Below, one piece after another: positions 8,925 to 18,101 of a stretch of 64,000 bases of DNA. Positions within the stretch are counted from its first letter, which is position 1; every line of letters starts with the position of its first letter. Source of the DNA: Polyangiaceae bacterium (GTDB lineage Bacteria; Myxococcota_A; Polyangia; Polyangiales; Polyangiaceae); contig JAWKRD010000035.1 in assembly GCA_041389805.1 (NCBI GenBank), positions 18,389-82,388 of the forward strand, written 5' to 3'. The notes beneath the pieces were generated by a model. It was not told the origin of the DNA. It ran no database searches and was given only the letters and a program-made list of their open reading frames with translations. Both the position numbers and the translations under genes were made by a program.

Positions 8925-9488
8925 TCACCGTGATACCGAACCCAAAGCGCGGTCCAGCGCAATGTTCGCCTGGAGCACGTTCACCAACGCAGGCGATCCC
9001 AGACTCGACTCCGAGCAACTTCGAAGCACCCCTTCCACGCTCGGCAAGGACACTCGCCTCACCCTCGCGATGCGAGGCGCTTGATAGAGGGCGCCGTCGA
9101 GGGTCACGTGCGGATCGACCCCCGAGCCCGAAGCCATGACCAGCTCGGCGGGCACCGGGTCACTCGATGTCGCGGCGAAACGCATGACGTCTTTTCCAAT
9201 GCGTTCCTTCAGAACAGGGTTTGTGGGGGAGAGGTTGCTCCCTCCAGTCGCTGCAGCGTCGTAGTCGACCGCCGAAGGGCGCGGCCAGAGGTACTCCGGA
9301 CGCTGAAAGCGCTGGGCTATCAGCTGGCTCCCGACCACGCGGCCCTGGTCGTCCCGAATCAAGCTCCCGTTGGCGCGCCCAGGCACCGCGATCTGAGCGA
9401 ATCCAAAGACGAACGCTGGGTAGCCCACTGCGCAGATTGAAAGCGTAGCCAGGCAGGTACGAAGGCTTATTGAGATATCTTTCCACAT
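8925..9488 (-). CDS. kdpC: Potassium-transporting ATPase subunit C
   Basis: MWKDISISLRTCLATLSICAVGYP... followed by ASGSGVDPHVTLDGALYQ, a KdpC signature. The longer track ORF (to 9647) is an artefact of reading into the kdpB 3' end. Confidence 0.85.
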   Translation of the reverse strand: MWKDISISLRTCLATLSICAVGYPAFVFGFAQIAVPGRANGSLIRDDQGRVVGSQLIAQRFQRPEYLWPRPSAVDYDAAATGGSNLSPTNPVLKERIGKDVMRFAATSSDPVPAELVMASGSGVDPHVTLDGALYQAPRIARVRRVSLPSVEGVLRSCSESSLGSPALVNVLQANIALDRALGSVSR

Positions 9489-9499
9489 GACAACACACC

Positions 9500-11552
9500 T
9501 CAGACCAGTCCGACAGCCGTTAGCAGGAGATCGATCAGCTTGATGCCAGCAAACGGCAGCACGAGGCCCCCAGGCCGTAGACCAAGAGGTTCCGTTGCAG
9601 GAGCTTGTCGGCGCTCGCCGGACGATAGCGCACACCCTTGATGGCAACTGGGATCAGGCCGGGATGATCAGGGCATTGAAGATCACTGCGGACAGAATCG
9701 CGCTACGGGGAGACGTGAGCCCCATCACGTTCAGAGCTGCCAAGGCTGGGATCGCTGCCATGAACAGCGCCGGCACGATCGCGAAGTACTTGGCGACATC
9801 GTTCGCGATCGAGAACGTGGTCAGGGCGCCTCTCGTCATCAACAGCTGCTTTCCGATCTCGATCACCTCGATCAGCTTCGTGGGGTTGCTGTCCAGATCC
9901 ACCATGTTGCTGGCTTCCTTGGCGGCTTGCGTGCCGGAGTTCATCGCCACCCCGATATCAGCCTGAGCCAGCGCGGGGGCGTCGTTGGTGCCGTCACCCA
10001 TCATCGCGATCAGGCGGCCGCCAGTTTGTTCCTTGCGGATATAGGCGAGCTTCTCCTCGGGCGTCGCCTCAGCGATGAAGTCGTCGACTCCAGCCTGCTT
10101 GGCGATCGCTTCCGCAGTGAGAGGATTGTCTCCAGTCACCATGACGATGCGCAGGCCCATCGCACGCAGGCGCTCGAAGCGCTGCTTGATGCCGGGCTTC
10201 AACACGTCGCTGAGCGCGACCACTCCCAGCGCTCGACCTTGCTCGGCGACAACCAGCGGTGTGCCTCCCCCCCGAGCGATCGCGGAGACGTGTGCCGTCA
10301 CTCCCTCCGGGAGCGCCGCGCCCTGCTCGCCAAGCCAGCGTTTGACGGCGTCGACAGCGCCTTTTCGCAGCTGGCGACCATCGGGCAGGTTGACCCCGGA
10401 GAGCCGAGTTTGTGCCGTGAAGGGGATACCTTCGGCCGCATCGGGGAGCGCCGCGATCTGCCGCTCCCTACGGCAAAGCTCCGCCAGCGACTTGCCCTCG
10501 GGCGTCTGGTCCGTGAGCGACGTGAGGAGCGCAGCCTCCACGAGGTCGTCGCGCCGCACCCCTTTCGCCACGAACAGCTCAGTCGCTCGCCGATTCCCCT
10601 CGGTAATGGTTCCCGTCTTGTCCAGCAGCACCGTATCGATGTCGCCTGCCAGCTCAACGGCCTTCCCGCTCTTCGCCAGCACGTTGGCTTTCAGCGCTCG
10701 GTCCATCCCCGCGAGACCGATGGCAGACAGCAGGCCGCCGATGGTGGTGGGGATGAGGCAGACGAGGAGCGCGGTCGCCGTCGCAACGTCGATGCTCGCG
10801 GAGAAGTACGCGGCCATGGGCACGAGTGACACCGTGACCATGAGAAACGCCAAGGTGAGGCCCGCCAGGGTCACCGTGAGCGCGACCTCGTTCGGTGTCT
10901 TCTGACGCTTCGCGCCCTCCACCAGCGCGATCATGCGATCGAGGAACGAGTCTCCAGGCTCGGCCGTGACCTTCACGACGATCTCGTCGCTCAGCACGCG
11001 TGTACCGCCGGTCACGCCGCTGCGGTCGCCGCCTGCCTCGCGTACGACCGGCGCGCTCTCTCCCGTGATCGCCGACTCGTCGATGCTCGCGATCCCTTCG
11101 ACGATCTCACCATCCGCGGGGATCACCTCGCCTTCGGAGACCACGATCAGATCTCCCATCCGAAGCTCGGTCGAGCTAGTCGCTTCGATGCTGCCGTTCT
11201 GGCCTCGACGCCGCGCTGGCGTCGCTTTGCGAGTCTCTCGTAGCGCCTGAGTCTGAGCCTGACCACGCGCCTCGGCCAAGGCCTCAGCGAAGTTGGCGAA
11301 CAGCACGGTCAGCCAAAGAATGGCACTGACGAGGAGTTGGTAGCCGCCACTCTCATGAGCGCTCGCCAGCGCGCTGAGACCGGAGAGGGTGCTCAAGGCC
11401 GCCCCCAGCTCCGTGACGAACATCACGGGGTTTCGCACCAAACGCCGCGGAGACAGCATCACGACCGCCTCGCGAAGCGCCGGAACAGCCAACGCGGGCG
11501 CAAACAACCCCTGGGGTGCAGGCCCGCGACGCGCCGAGGAGATGCTACTCAT
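9500..11552 (-). CDS. kdpB: Potassium-transporting P-type ATPase subunit B, with two apparent 1-nt frameshifts in the last ~55 codons (possible pseudogene or assembly error)
   Basis: KdpB motifs are present ([43 protein letters not shown]). The main frame stops at 9654 after [11 protein letters not shown]. The expected C-terminus continues as [30 protein letters not shown] in a second frame and [22 protein letters not shown]-stop (9500) in a third. Confidence 0.85.
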
Positions 11553-11865
11553 GACCGCCCTCTCGCGCCTCATCACCCAGCAGCAAGATATTCCCCGGAG
11601 GAAACGCTGTCAGAGCGTCTAGGTTCACACGCGCGGGCGCGTACATGGGTGCAAGTGCCAGGCCTGCCCGGAGCAGGTTCACGGCCTCCCCGTGCTGCCC
11701 TTGTCGCTCGCGCACCACGGCCAAAACGTTGTACGCATCCGCCTTGTCTGGGCACACCGAGAGCGCCTGACGCGCAATCGCTTCGCCTCGGTCGAGCTGT
11801 TTCGCCCGAATCTCCTCGCGTGCGTAGGAGAGCAGGGCGTCGTAGGTAGCCTCTTGGTCGGTCAT
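11545..11865 (-). CDS. Small TPR-like protein encoded between kdpA and kdpB
   Basis: ATG at 11865, 25 nt after the kdpA stop. The 106-aa product ([73 protein letters not shown]) has a TPR-like helix pattern. Its stop overlaps the kdpB start. Confidence 0.5.
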   Translation of the reverse strand: MTDQEATYDALLSYAREEIRAKQLDRGEAIARQALSVCPDKADAYNVLAVVRERQGQHGEAVNLLRAGLALAPMYAPARVNLDALTAFPPGNILLLGDEAREGGHE

Positions 11866-11890
11866 TTGGATCTCTTCGTTCCCAGGATTG

Positions 11891-13561
11891 TCAACGCGCT
11901 CCAAGCATCCCGAGGTGCTCGGCGATGGGGCCGAGCACCGCGGCTGGTAGGAACAGCAGGCCACCGAGTAGCAATACGCTACCCAGCAGCAAGAAGCCGA
12001 ACAGCGGCGTGTCGGTACGGAAGGTGCCTGCCGTCTCGGGCACCACTTTTTTTTCCGCAAGGAATCCTGCGATCGCGAGCGGCAAGACGATTGGAAGGTA
12101 GCGTCCCAGAAACATCCATACCCCGGTGAGCGTGTTCCAGGGCACCGTGTTGTCTCCGAGGCCCTCGAACCCAGACCCGTTGTTCGCTGCAGCCGAGCTC
12201 ATCTCGTAGAGGATCTCGCTGAAGCCGTGGCTCCCTGGATTGGCTACGCTGTGAACGCCCCAGGGCGTCGCGGCGAACAGCGCCGTTCCCCCGAGGATCA
12301 ACAGCGGATGCAGCAGCAGCGCGAGCGCCGCGATCTTCATCTCGCGCGTCTCGATCTTGCGCCCGAGGTACTCAGGAGTGCGCCCCACCATCAAGCCTGC
12401 GATGAACACCGCGACCACGACGTAGAGGAACATGTTGATCATGCCTACGCCGACGCCGCCGAAGCTCACGTTGAGCCACATACCGGCCAGCGCCGTGAGG
12501 CCGCCGAGAGGACTCAAGCTGTCGTGCATCGCAGCGACGGACCCGTTGCTCGTGGCCGTGGTGGAGACTGCCCAGAACGCCCCGGGGCCCGCACCCACTC
12601 GCAGCTCTTTGCCCTCCAGATTGCCCAAGCCTTGATCGACCACTGAGCTCGCGGCCAGGTTGGGTTGCGCCTCGAAGTGCAGCGCACCGACGGCGGTCAC
12701 CAGAAACAGCACGGCCATCACGCCGAAGATCACGGTGGCGTGCCTGATACGGCCAATCAAGCGTCCGAACATCCACACGCTCGCCATCGGCAGCAGGAGA
12801 ATCGCGACATTCGACAGCGCGTTGGTGAGCTGTGATGGATTCTCGAACGGGTGGGTGCTGTTCGGGCCGAAGAAGCCGCCGCCGTTGGTGCCCAGCTGCT
12901 TGATCGCCAGCATCCCGGCAACTGGGCCCCGCGCGATCGTCTGAGTGGTGCCCTCGAGGGTGTGAGCCACCGCGGCGCCATCCAGCGTCATCGGGACGCC
13001 AAGCAACACCAACACGCTAGCAAACCCCACGGAAATAGGGAGCAGCAGCAGCAAGCTCCCGCGCAACAGGTCACGGTAGAAGTTCCCAACCGACCTGCTG
13101 GGTCCCAGCGCTCGCGCGATCGCGGCGAGCGCGCCAAGCCCGGTAGCCGCCGACACGAACTGGAGCCAACTCAAGCCGACGACCTGCGAGAAATAGCTCA
13201 GCGATTGTTCACCTGAGTAGTGCTGCAGGTTCGTGTTCGTCGCAAATGAGATCGCCGTGTGGAACGCGAGGCTAGGCTCGAGCCCTGGCTTGGCGTCAGG
13301 GTTGAGTGGCAGTCGATGCTGAAACACCAGCACCAGGAACACCAAGGCGAACATCAGCGCGTTGAACACGACGAGGGACGACGCGTAACGTCGCCAGTCT
13401 TGCGAGGCGACGGCTCCCTCCCCCACCAGCCGCTCGAGCCAGGAGTCGAAGCGGCCGCGCGACGTCGGCGAGAAGACCCAAGCCATGTAGCGAGAGAGCG
13501 GCCAGGCAAGCAGCAAGCAACTGGCAAACAGTGCAAGTCCATACAGCATCACAGGCCTCAA
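11891..13561 (-). CDS. kdpA: Potassium-transporting ATPase subunit A
   Basis: A polytopic protein of about 556 aa with KdpA-like sequence throughout (NTNLQHYSGE, LGTNGGGFFGPNSTHPFENP, AANNGSGFEGLGDNT). The TTG at 13561 or the ATG at 13549 are both possible starts. Confidence 0.9.
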   Translation of the reverse strand: MRPVMLYGLALFASCLLLAWPLSRYMAWVFSPTSRGRFDSWLERLVGEGAVASQDWRRYASSLVVFNALMFALVFLVLVFQHRLPLNPDAKPGLEPSLAFHTAISFATNTNLQHYSGEQSLSYFSQVVGLSWLQFVSAATGLGALAAIARALGPSRSVGNFYRDLLRGSLLLLLPISVGFASVLVLLGVPMTLDGAAVAHTLEGTTQTIARGPVAGMLAIKQLGTNGGGFFGPNSTHPFENPSQLTNALSNVAILLLPMASVWMFGRLIGRIRHATVIFGVMAVLFLVTAVGALHFEAQPNLAASSVVDQGLGNLEGKELRVGAGPGAFWAVSTTATSNGSVAAMHDSLSPLGGLTALAGMWLNVSFGGVGVGMINMFLYVVVAVFIAGLMVGRTPEYLGRKIETREMKIAALALLLHPLLILGGTALFAATPWGVHSVANPGSHGFSEILYEMSSAAANNGSGFEGLGDNTVPWNTLTGVWMFLGRYLPIVLPLAIAGFLAEKKVVPETAGTFRTDTPLFGFLLLGSVLLLGGLLFLPAAVLGPIAEHLGMLGAR

Positions 13562-13638
13562 AATTTTTCCGGGCGGATTATAGCCACGAGCAGATAGCCA
13601 AACGTGAGGGCAGCCAAGGCAGCGGCGAGGAGCAACAT
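13558..13638 (-). CDS. kdpF: KdpF-like 26-aa hydrophobic peptide
   Basis: Hand translation gives MLLLAAALAALTFGYLLVAIIRPEKF, which matches the KdpF C-terminal pattern (YL..A.I.PE.F). Its stop overlaps the kdpA start region. Confidence 0.7.
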   Translation of the reverse strand: MLLLAAALAALTFGYLLVAIIRPEKF

Positions 13639-13642
13639 GGTC

Positions 13643-13729
13643 TCAGGCCCGATCCAGGGTCGAGGTGAGCGCATACAGAGCGCCGAACAGCAGCAAACCG
13701 AGAGCCAGGTACGCGACTACATTCATCAT
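13643..13729 (-). CDS. Second tiny hydrophobic ORF (28 aa) immediately upstream of kdpF
   Basis: Hand translation gives MMNVVAYLALGLLLFGALYALTSTLDRA. A GAGGAG ribosome-binding site lies 4 nt upstream of the ATG, and the stop is 4 nt before the kdpF ATG. Confidence 0.4.
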   Translation of the reverse strand: MMNVVAYLALGLLLFGALYALTSTLDRA

Positions 13730-13750
13730 GAACTCCTCTACGACCCACAT

Positions 13751-13766
13751 AGCAATTGGTGTACCC
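13751..13766 (-). promoter_or_regulatory. Sigma-54-like -24/-12 element upstream of the kdp string
   Basis: The minus strand reads GGGTAC-ACCAA-TTGCT, against the consensus TGGCAC-N5-TTGCW. The GG-N10-GC spacing is correct. It lies about 22 nt upstream of the first small ORF. Confidence 0.3.
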
Positions 13767-13961
13767 AGCTGGGGCTCCGGACACTCGCCACGTTTTGCTG
13801 GGGTTTTTGTGCTTCAAGGTGGGAAACGGGGACGCGGCGCCATGCAGGCTGCAAGGTTGCGAGAAGCGACCTGTTGCAACATGAGGTTGGTCGGAGCGGG
13901 GCACCGGTTGAGACACTCGATACCGCGCGGATATCGTTGACAGCCGGAGCGCGACGCGCGC

Positions 13962-13977
13962 TGGAACGCCCATTGCA
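13962..13977 (+). promoter_or_regulatory. Sigma-54-like -24/-12 element upstream of the small plus-strand gene
   Basis: TGGAAC-GCCCA-TTGCA matches the consensus at 10 of 11 positions with correct spacing. It sits 14 nt before the ATG at 13991. Confidence 0.4.
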
Positions 13978-13990
13978 CCAGCCGGCGAGT

Positions 13991-14302
13991 ATGAACGCAG
14001 CAACCAAACACCGACTCACGGCGGGCTCCGCCGTGATCCTCTTTGTCGGACTAGCGCTGGGCGTTTGGCTCTGGCAGCGGACGAGTGAGACTCGTGCGAT
14101 TCACGATCTCGCCCCCGCACAGCGCCAGGAGGTCCTCGAGCGTGAGCTCGCCGCGTACGCTCGCCTGTGTCCAGAGCGTCTCGCTGATGACGCGCTCGAG
14201 GCCCGTTGCGAAGACAAGGCGCGGTTCATTCGCCAGTTCCCCGAGTGTGGGTCACAGTGCGAGCGCATCATCAGGCACTCCTTACCGCAGCCGGAGCGCT
14301 AG
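13991..14302 (+). CDS. Small membrane-anchored protein with four Cys
   Basis: MNAATKHRLTAGSAVILFVGLALGVWLWQ forms an N-terminal transmembrane anchor, followed by C...C...C..C in the soluble part. Its stop directly abuts the stop of the convergent NtrC-type gene. Confidence 0.5.
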   Translation: MNAATKHRLTAGSAVILFVGLALGVWLWQRTSETRAIHDLAPAQRQEVLERELAAYARLCPERLADDALEARCEDKARFIRQFPECGSQCERIIRHSLPQPER

Positions 14303-15682
14303 CTAGCCTTGACCGCCTGTCTCATAACGCTTCAGTCGGCGCCACAGCGTCGAGGGATCGATGCCCAACACCCGGGCCGCCTCATCTCGTGTCGCCAGGC
14401 GAGCGAGCACGCGCAACGTGTGCTCTTGCTCGACTTCAGCCAGCGTGAAGTCTCCACCGACTCGCGGCGTCACCGACGCGGATCCGCGGATCCTCTCGGA
14501 AAAGCTCTGCGGAGTCAGCACGCTATCTCCGGACAGCACGACCGCGCGCTCCATCTCGTTCTTGAGTTCCCGCACATTGCCGGGCCACTGGTACCCCAGC
14601 AAGAGCGCCTGTGCGTCGGGGTTCAAGCGTGGTGCTGGACGCCCAGCATCGGACGCAGCAAATCTCAAGAAGTGCTGCGCGAGGCGCGCCAGGTCCTCTG
14701 GGCGTTCACGCAGAGCGGGCACGACGACCTCGATCACATTGAGTCGATAGAGTAGATCCAGTCGGAAACGACCCTGCTCGACGTCGGCTTGGAGATCGCG
14801 GTTCGTGGCCGCCACGAGCCGAACATCAGCCTGCCGGGTCTGCGTCTCCCCAACGCGCTCGAACTCGCGGTCCTGCGCGAAGCGCAGCAGCTTCGTCTGG
14901 AGCGCTGGTGAGATCTCTCCAATCTCGTCCAAGAAGAGCGTGCCGCCATCGGCCTCCTCCACCTTCCCTCGCTGGTCACGCACCGCGCCGGTGAAAGCAC
15001 CCCGCGCGTGGCCGAACAGGTCGCTCGCGAGCAGGTCGTCGGTCAACGTCGGGCAGTTCACGGTCACCAGACGTCGTCCGCGCCGCGGGCTCAGCTCGTG
15101 AGCCAGGCGGGCGAGCACTCCCTTCCCCGTACCGCTCTCACCGCGAAGCAAGATCGGCGAGTTGGCTTTGGCGGCTTGAGTCACCACATCGATGGCGCTC
15201 TGCATGGCACTCGAGCTCGTCTCCAGGACCACCTGGGGCGTCGAGGTTGCAAGACGGCCCTCCAGATCGGCGATGCGGTTCTCCAGGCCTCGTCGCTCAG
15301 CCAGGCGCTCCACGATCACGCGGATCTGGGCTGGGGTGAACGGCTTCTGAAGGTAGTCTTGCGCACCACGCTTCATGGCCGTGACCGCGCTCTCGATGCT
15401 CCCGTAGGCGGTCATCATGACGACACCCAGGTTGGGATTGAGGTCGAGGATCTGGCCCAACACCTCGAGTCCGTCGGCGGCGCCGAGGCGAATGTCCAGA
15501 AACGCAACGTCGAACGGCCTGCGTTCCACGATCGCGAGCGCCTCTCGAGCTCCGGCGGCGGCGTGTACCTCGCACCCCATCGACTCGAGACAGACCGAGA
15601 CCGTGGACCGGATGTTCGGCTCATCGTCAATCACGAGCACGCGGAGGGACGCAGAGTTGGCCGATTCCAGAGAGGCGGTCAT
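14303..15682 (-). CDS. NtrC-family sigma-54-dependent response regulator (REC, AAA+ sigma-54 interaction domain, Fis-type HTH)
   Basis: ATG at 15682 (MTASLESANSASLRVLVIDDEP). Motifs present: GESGTGKGVLA, GAFTGA, ESDLFGH-like DLFGHARGAFTG, and a C-terminal HTH (TRDEAARVLGIDPSTLWRRLKRY). Confidence 0.85.
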   Translation of the reverse strand: MTASLESANSASLRVLVIDDEPNIRSTVSVCLESMGCEVHAAAGAREALAIVERRPFDVAFLDIRLGAADGLEVLGQILDLNPNLGVVMMTAYGSIESAVTAMKRGAQDYLQKPFTPAQIRVIVERLAERRGLENRIADLEGRLATSTPQVVLETSSSAMQSAIDVVTQAAKANSPILLRGESGTGKGVLARLAHELSPRRGRRLVTVNCPTLTDDLLASDLFGHARGAFTGAVRDQRGKVEEADGGTLFLDEIGEISPALQTKLLRFAQDREFERVGETQTRQADVRLVAATNRDLQADVEQGRFRLDLLYRLNVIEVVVPALRERPEDLARLAQHFLRFAASDAGRPAPRLNPDAQALLLGYQWPGNVRELKNEMERAVVLSGDSVLTPQSFSERIRGSASVTPRVGGDFTLAEVEQEHTLRVLARLATRDEAARVLGIDPSTLWRRLKRYETGGQG

Positions 15683-16173
15683 CAGCCAGTTGTACACGCA
15701 AGCTTCGAGCCAGCGGTGTCCTGCGTGCTCGTCCGGGAGTTCTGCTTGCAAGTTGCAAGGGTTCGGATGCTTCGCTCGTGCAAGACGCCAGGCGGAGGCC
15801 GCGTTCGCCCGGGGGCAGCGAGCCCCATCGTCTGCGGCTCCGCTCGGCGGACCTGCACCTACCGGCATCGTAGGGTTGACGCTCCGGCACGTGTCCAACA
15901 GCGGAGCCACCCGACGCCTTCGCGATGCTCGCCGCCCTGTGACGAAGGGGCTCAGCTCCCATTTCCCCAAGGAAATTTTACAACCCAGCACCCCCGTCGC
16001 TGCCCAACGACGGCGTCGGGAGCACCGTCCGACCGATCTCCGCGGAAACTACGATTAGTGCGATATCAGCGTTCGGGTACACCCACTAGGGTGGTAGCGC
16101 CGCGCGAGCGTTGCCCCTAGGTTCGCCTCGCGGCTCCTCTCGCTGCATCGCGCCACACCAGCGCTCCTTCGCC

Positions 16174-16644
16174 ATGTCACTACGCCCCATCTTGGCGCCT
16201 CAGGGCTTGCCAGAAGACGAACTCGTACGCTCGGCACTGTGGAGCGCCGAAGGCGATCTCGGGCGCATCATCGACGCGCCCAACAACTCGATCGAGGCCT
16301 ACGTCCACTACCTGAAAAAGCTGCGCTTCCTCGCTGGGGGTCCGCCGCCGCTGGTTTGCTTCGTAGAAACACGCGCGCTCGGAGTCGTGCTCACAGCGCG
16401 CGCCCTGCTGGAAGGCGAGGTGCCGTCCCTGCGCAAGGCAAGCTGGCTCATCTTCCTCGCCTGCGCCGAAGATCCAGAGTTCGAAGCTGCGGCTCAGCGC
16501 CTCGGTAGCCTCGATGACTCACTCGCTTCCGTTCCCTTGTGGAAGTCCCGTTCCGGACAGTACTTCGTGGTCGTACCGCCAGGTCCACCCATCGCGCGGC
16601 TCAGGGTACGGTGCGCCGAAGCGCAGATGCTTGCGATGCTCTAG
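16174..16644 (+). CDS. Hypothetical protein (156 aa)
   Basis: ATG at 16174 with coding-like composition. No family recognised. Confidence 0.45.
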   Translation: MSLRPILAPQGLPEDELVRSALWSAEGDLGRIIDAPNNSIEAYVHYLKKLRFLAGGPPPLVCFVETRALGVVLTARALLEGEVPSLRKASWLIFLACAEDPEFEAAAQRLGSLDDSLASVPLWKSRSGQYFVVVPPGPPIARLRVRCAEAQMLAML

Positions 16645-16665
16645 CTCGAGCTTTCGGCAGCGCCG

Positions 16666-17934
16666 CTACCAACATGCTCGTGGCAACGCTGGTCCAGGTT
16701 TCGCAAAGCGAAAACCCTGAAGTAAATCGCAACCGAGGTCGACGAGCGCGTCTCGCTCGGCTTCGGTCTCGATACCCTCGGCCACGACCAGCGAGCCGAG
16801 CTCCTGGCACAACGTCACCATCGACGAGACCAAGCGGCGCTTGACGAGGCTCCCGTGGATCCCGCGAATCAACGAGATGTCGAGCTTGACGATGTCCGGT
16901 TCGAGCTGAGCAAAGCTCGCGAGTCCCGCGTAACCCGCGCCGAGATCATCCACCGCGATGCGAAAGCCAACCCCGCGCAGCAGGCCTACACGCCCCTGCA
17001 CGTCTTGCACTCGGTCCAGCGCGGCGCGCTCCGTGACCTCTAGCACGACTCGCTGAGCGAACCGCGTCAGCGGCGCGTCGTCGTCATACAGATCCGGGTC
17101 CATCAGATCCCACGGGTGCAAGTTCACGAACATCACGGCGTCGTGATCCGTGCGCGTGAGCTGCCTGGCGACCTGCGCGCGAATGGCTCTCCCCAGCGAC
17201 CACACGGCGTCGAGACGCTCCGCTGCGTTCAACACCGCGGACGGCTCGATCAGGCTACAGCCCGTGGTGCGTAGCAACGCCTCGTAGCCGAACACTCGGC
17301 GCTCGCGGGCGCAGACCAAGGGCTGGAAAGCCATCCATAGCGAACCCACCGCCTGGGCAAACTCTGCCTCCAGAGATGCCATTTCCCCGGGGCAACCAAT
17401 CCCAGTGCCCAGCACCGCGAGGGTCTCCTGTTGCACCAGCGCAAGCGCTCGCAGGCGCACGGCGCGCGCGACCACACCTAGCAGCTCGGATGCGGCAATC
17501 GGCTTCAAGAGATAGCGAAACGCCCCGTGTTCGAGCGCCTCCACCGCTGACTTCACGTCGGGCGCACCGGACATCAACACCACGGGAAGCGTGTGGTGCT
17601 GACGACGGATCGCGCGCAGGAGCTGCACCCCGGACATCTCAGGCATGGTCACGTCGCTGATCACGACGTCGACCTGCGTTTCCTCCAACGCCTCCACCGC
17701 GCTCGCGCCGTCGATGCAGCACGTGACGAGGTACCCAGCATGCTCGAGGTGCCGCGTCAGCGCACGCAGCAGCATCGGCTCGTCGTCGACCAACAAGACG
17801 TGCGCCGGACGTGGTGGATGGGAGTTGCCGGCCACACTCTGGTTGTGTCCTTTGCCCTCGCTATTTTCAAGTCTCACCGACGCTGCGCAGACACGTGATG
17901 TCACAACGTGCAAAGGGTGCCCGGATGCACCCAT
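16666..17934 (-). CDS. Response-regulator receiver plus EAL domain protein (putative c-di-GMP phosphodiesterase)
   Basis: REC domain (HVLLVDDEP...DVVISDVTMPEMSG...LLKP). EAL motifs are present (FGYEALLR, EVTERAAL, DDLGAGYAGLASF, VAEGIETEAE, QGFRFAKP). The start is uncertain: ATG 17934 or GTG 17877. Confidence 0.85.
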   Translation of the reverse strand: MGASGHPLHVVTSRVCAASVRLENSEGKGHNQSVAGNSHPPRPAHVLLVDDEPMLLRALTRHLEHAGYLVTCCIDGASAVEALEETQVDVVISDVTMPEMSGVQLLRAIRRQHHTLPVVLMSGAPDVKSAVEALEHGAFRYLLKPIAASELLGVVARAVRLRALALVQQETLAVLGTGIGCPGEMASLEAEFAQAVGSLWMAFQPLVCARERRVFGYEALLRTTGCSLIEPSAVLNAAERLDAVWSLGRAIRAQVARQLTRTDHDAVMFVNLHPWDLMDPDLYDDDAPLTRFAQRVVLEVTERAALDRVQDVQGRVGLLRGVGFRIAVDDLGAGYAGLASFAQLEPDIVKLDISLIRGIHGSLVKRRLVSSMVTLCQELGSLVVAEGIETEAERDALVDLGCDLLQGFRFAKPGPALPRACW

Positions 17935-18101
17935 CGTGTCATTCGAGGTACTCTCGACGCCCGTGTCGGAGGGGTTGCACTTGCACATGACAGCGCGCAA
18001 CTTCCGCGAAGTTTCCCCGAGGTAACTACTAAAAGCCCAAGAGTTACCAGGGGCGTTCGCCAGCGAACCGGGGCGGTCTCGAGGGGACCGCCCCGTTAGC
18101 C

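Noticed and set aside
8925-9647. A 240-aa version of kdpC with a 53-residue N-terminal extension.
   Set aside because: The extension covers the displaced 3' end of kdpB, read in the wrong frame. The KdpC family N-terminus starts at the ATG at 9488.
14298-14307. The palindrome GCTAGCTAGC at the junction of two convergent genes.
   Set aside because: It is explained by two abutting TAG stop codons on opposite strands, so no further significance needs to be assumed.
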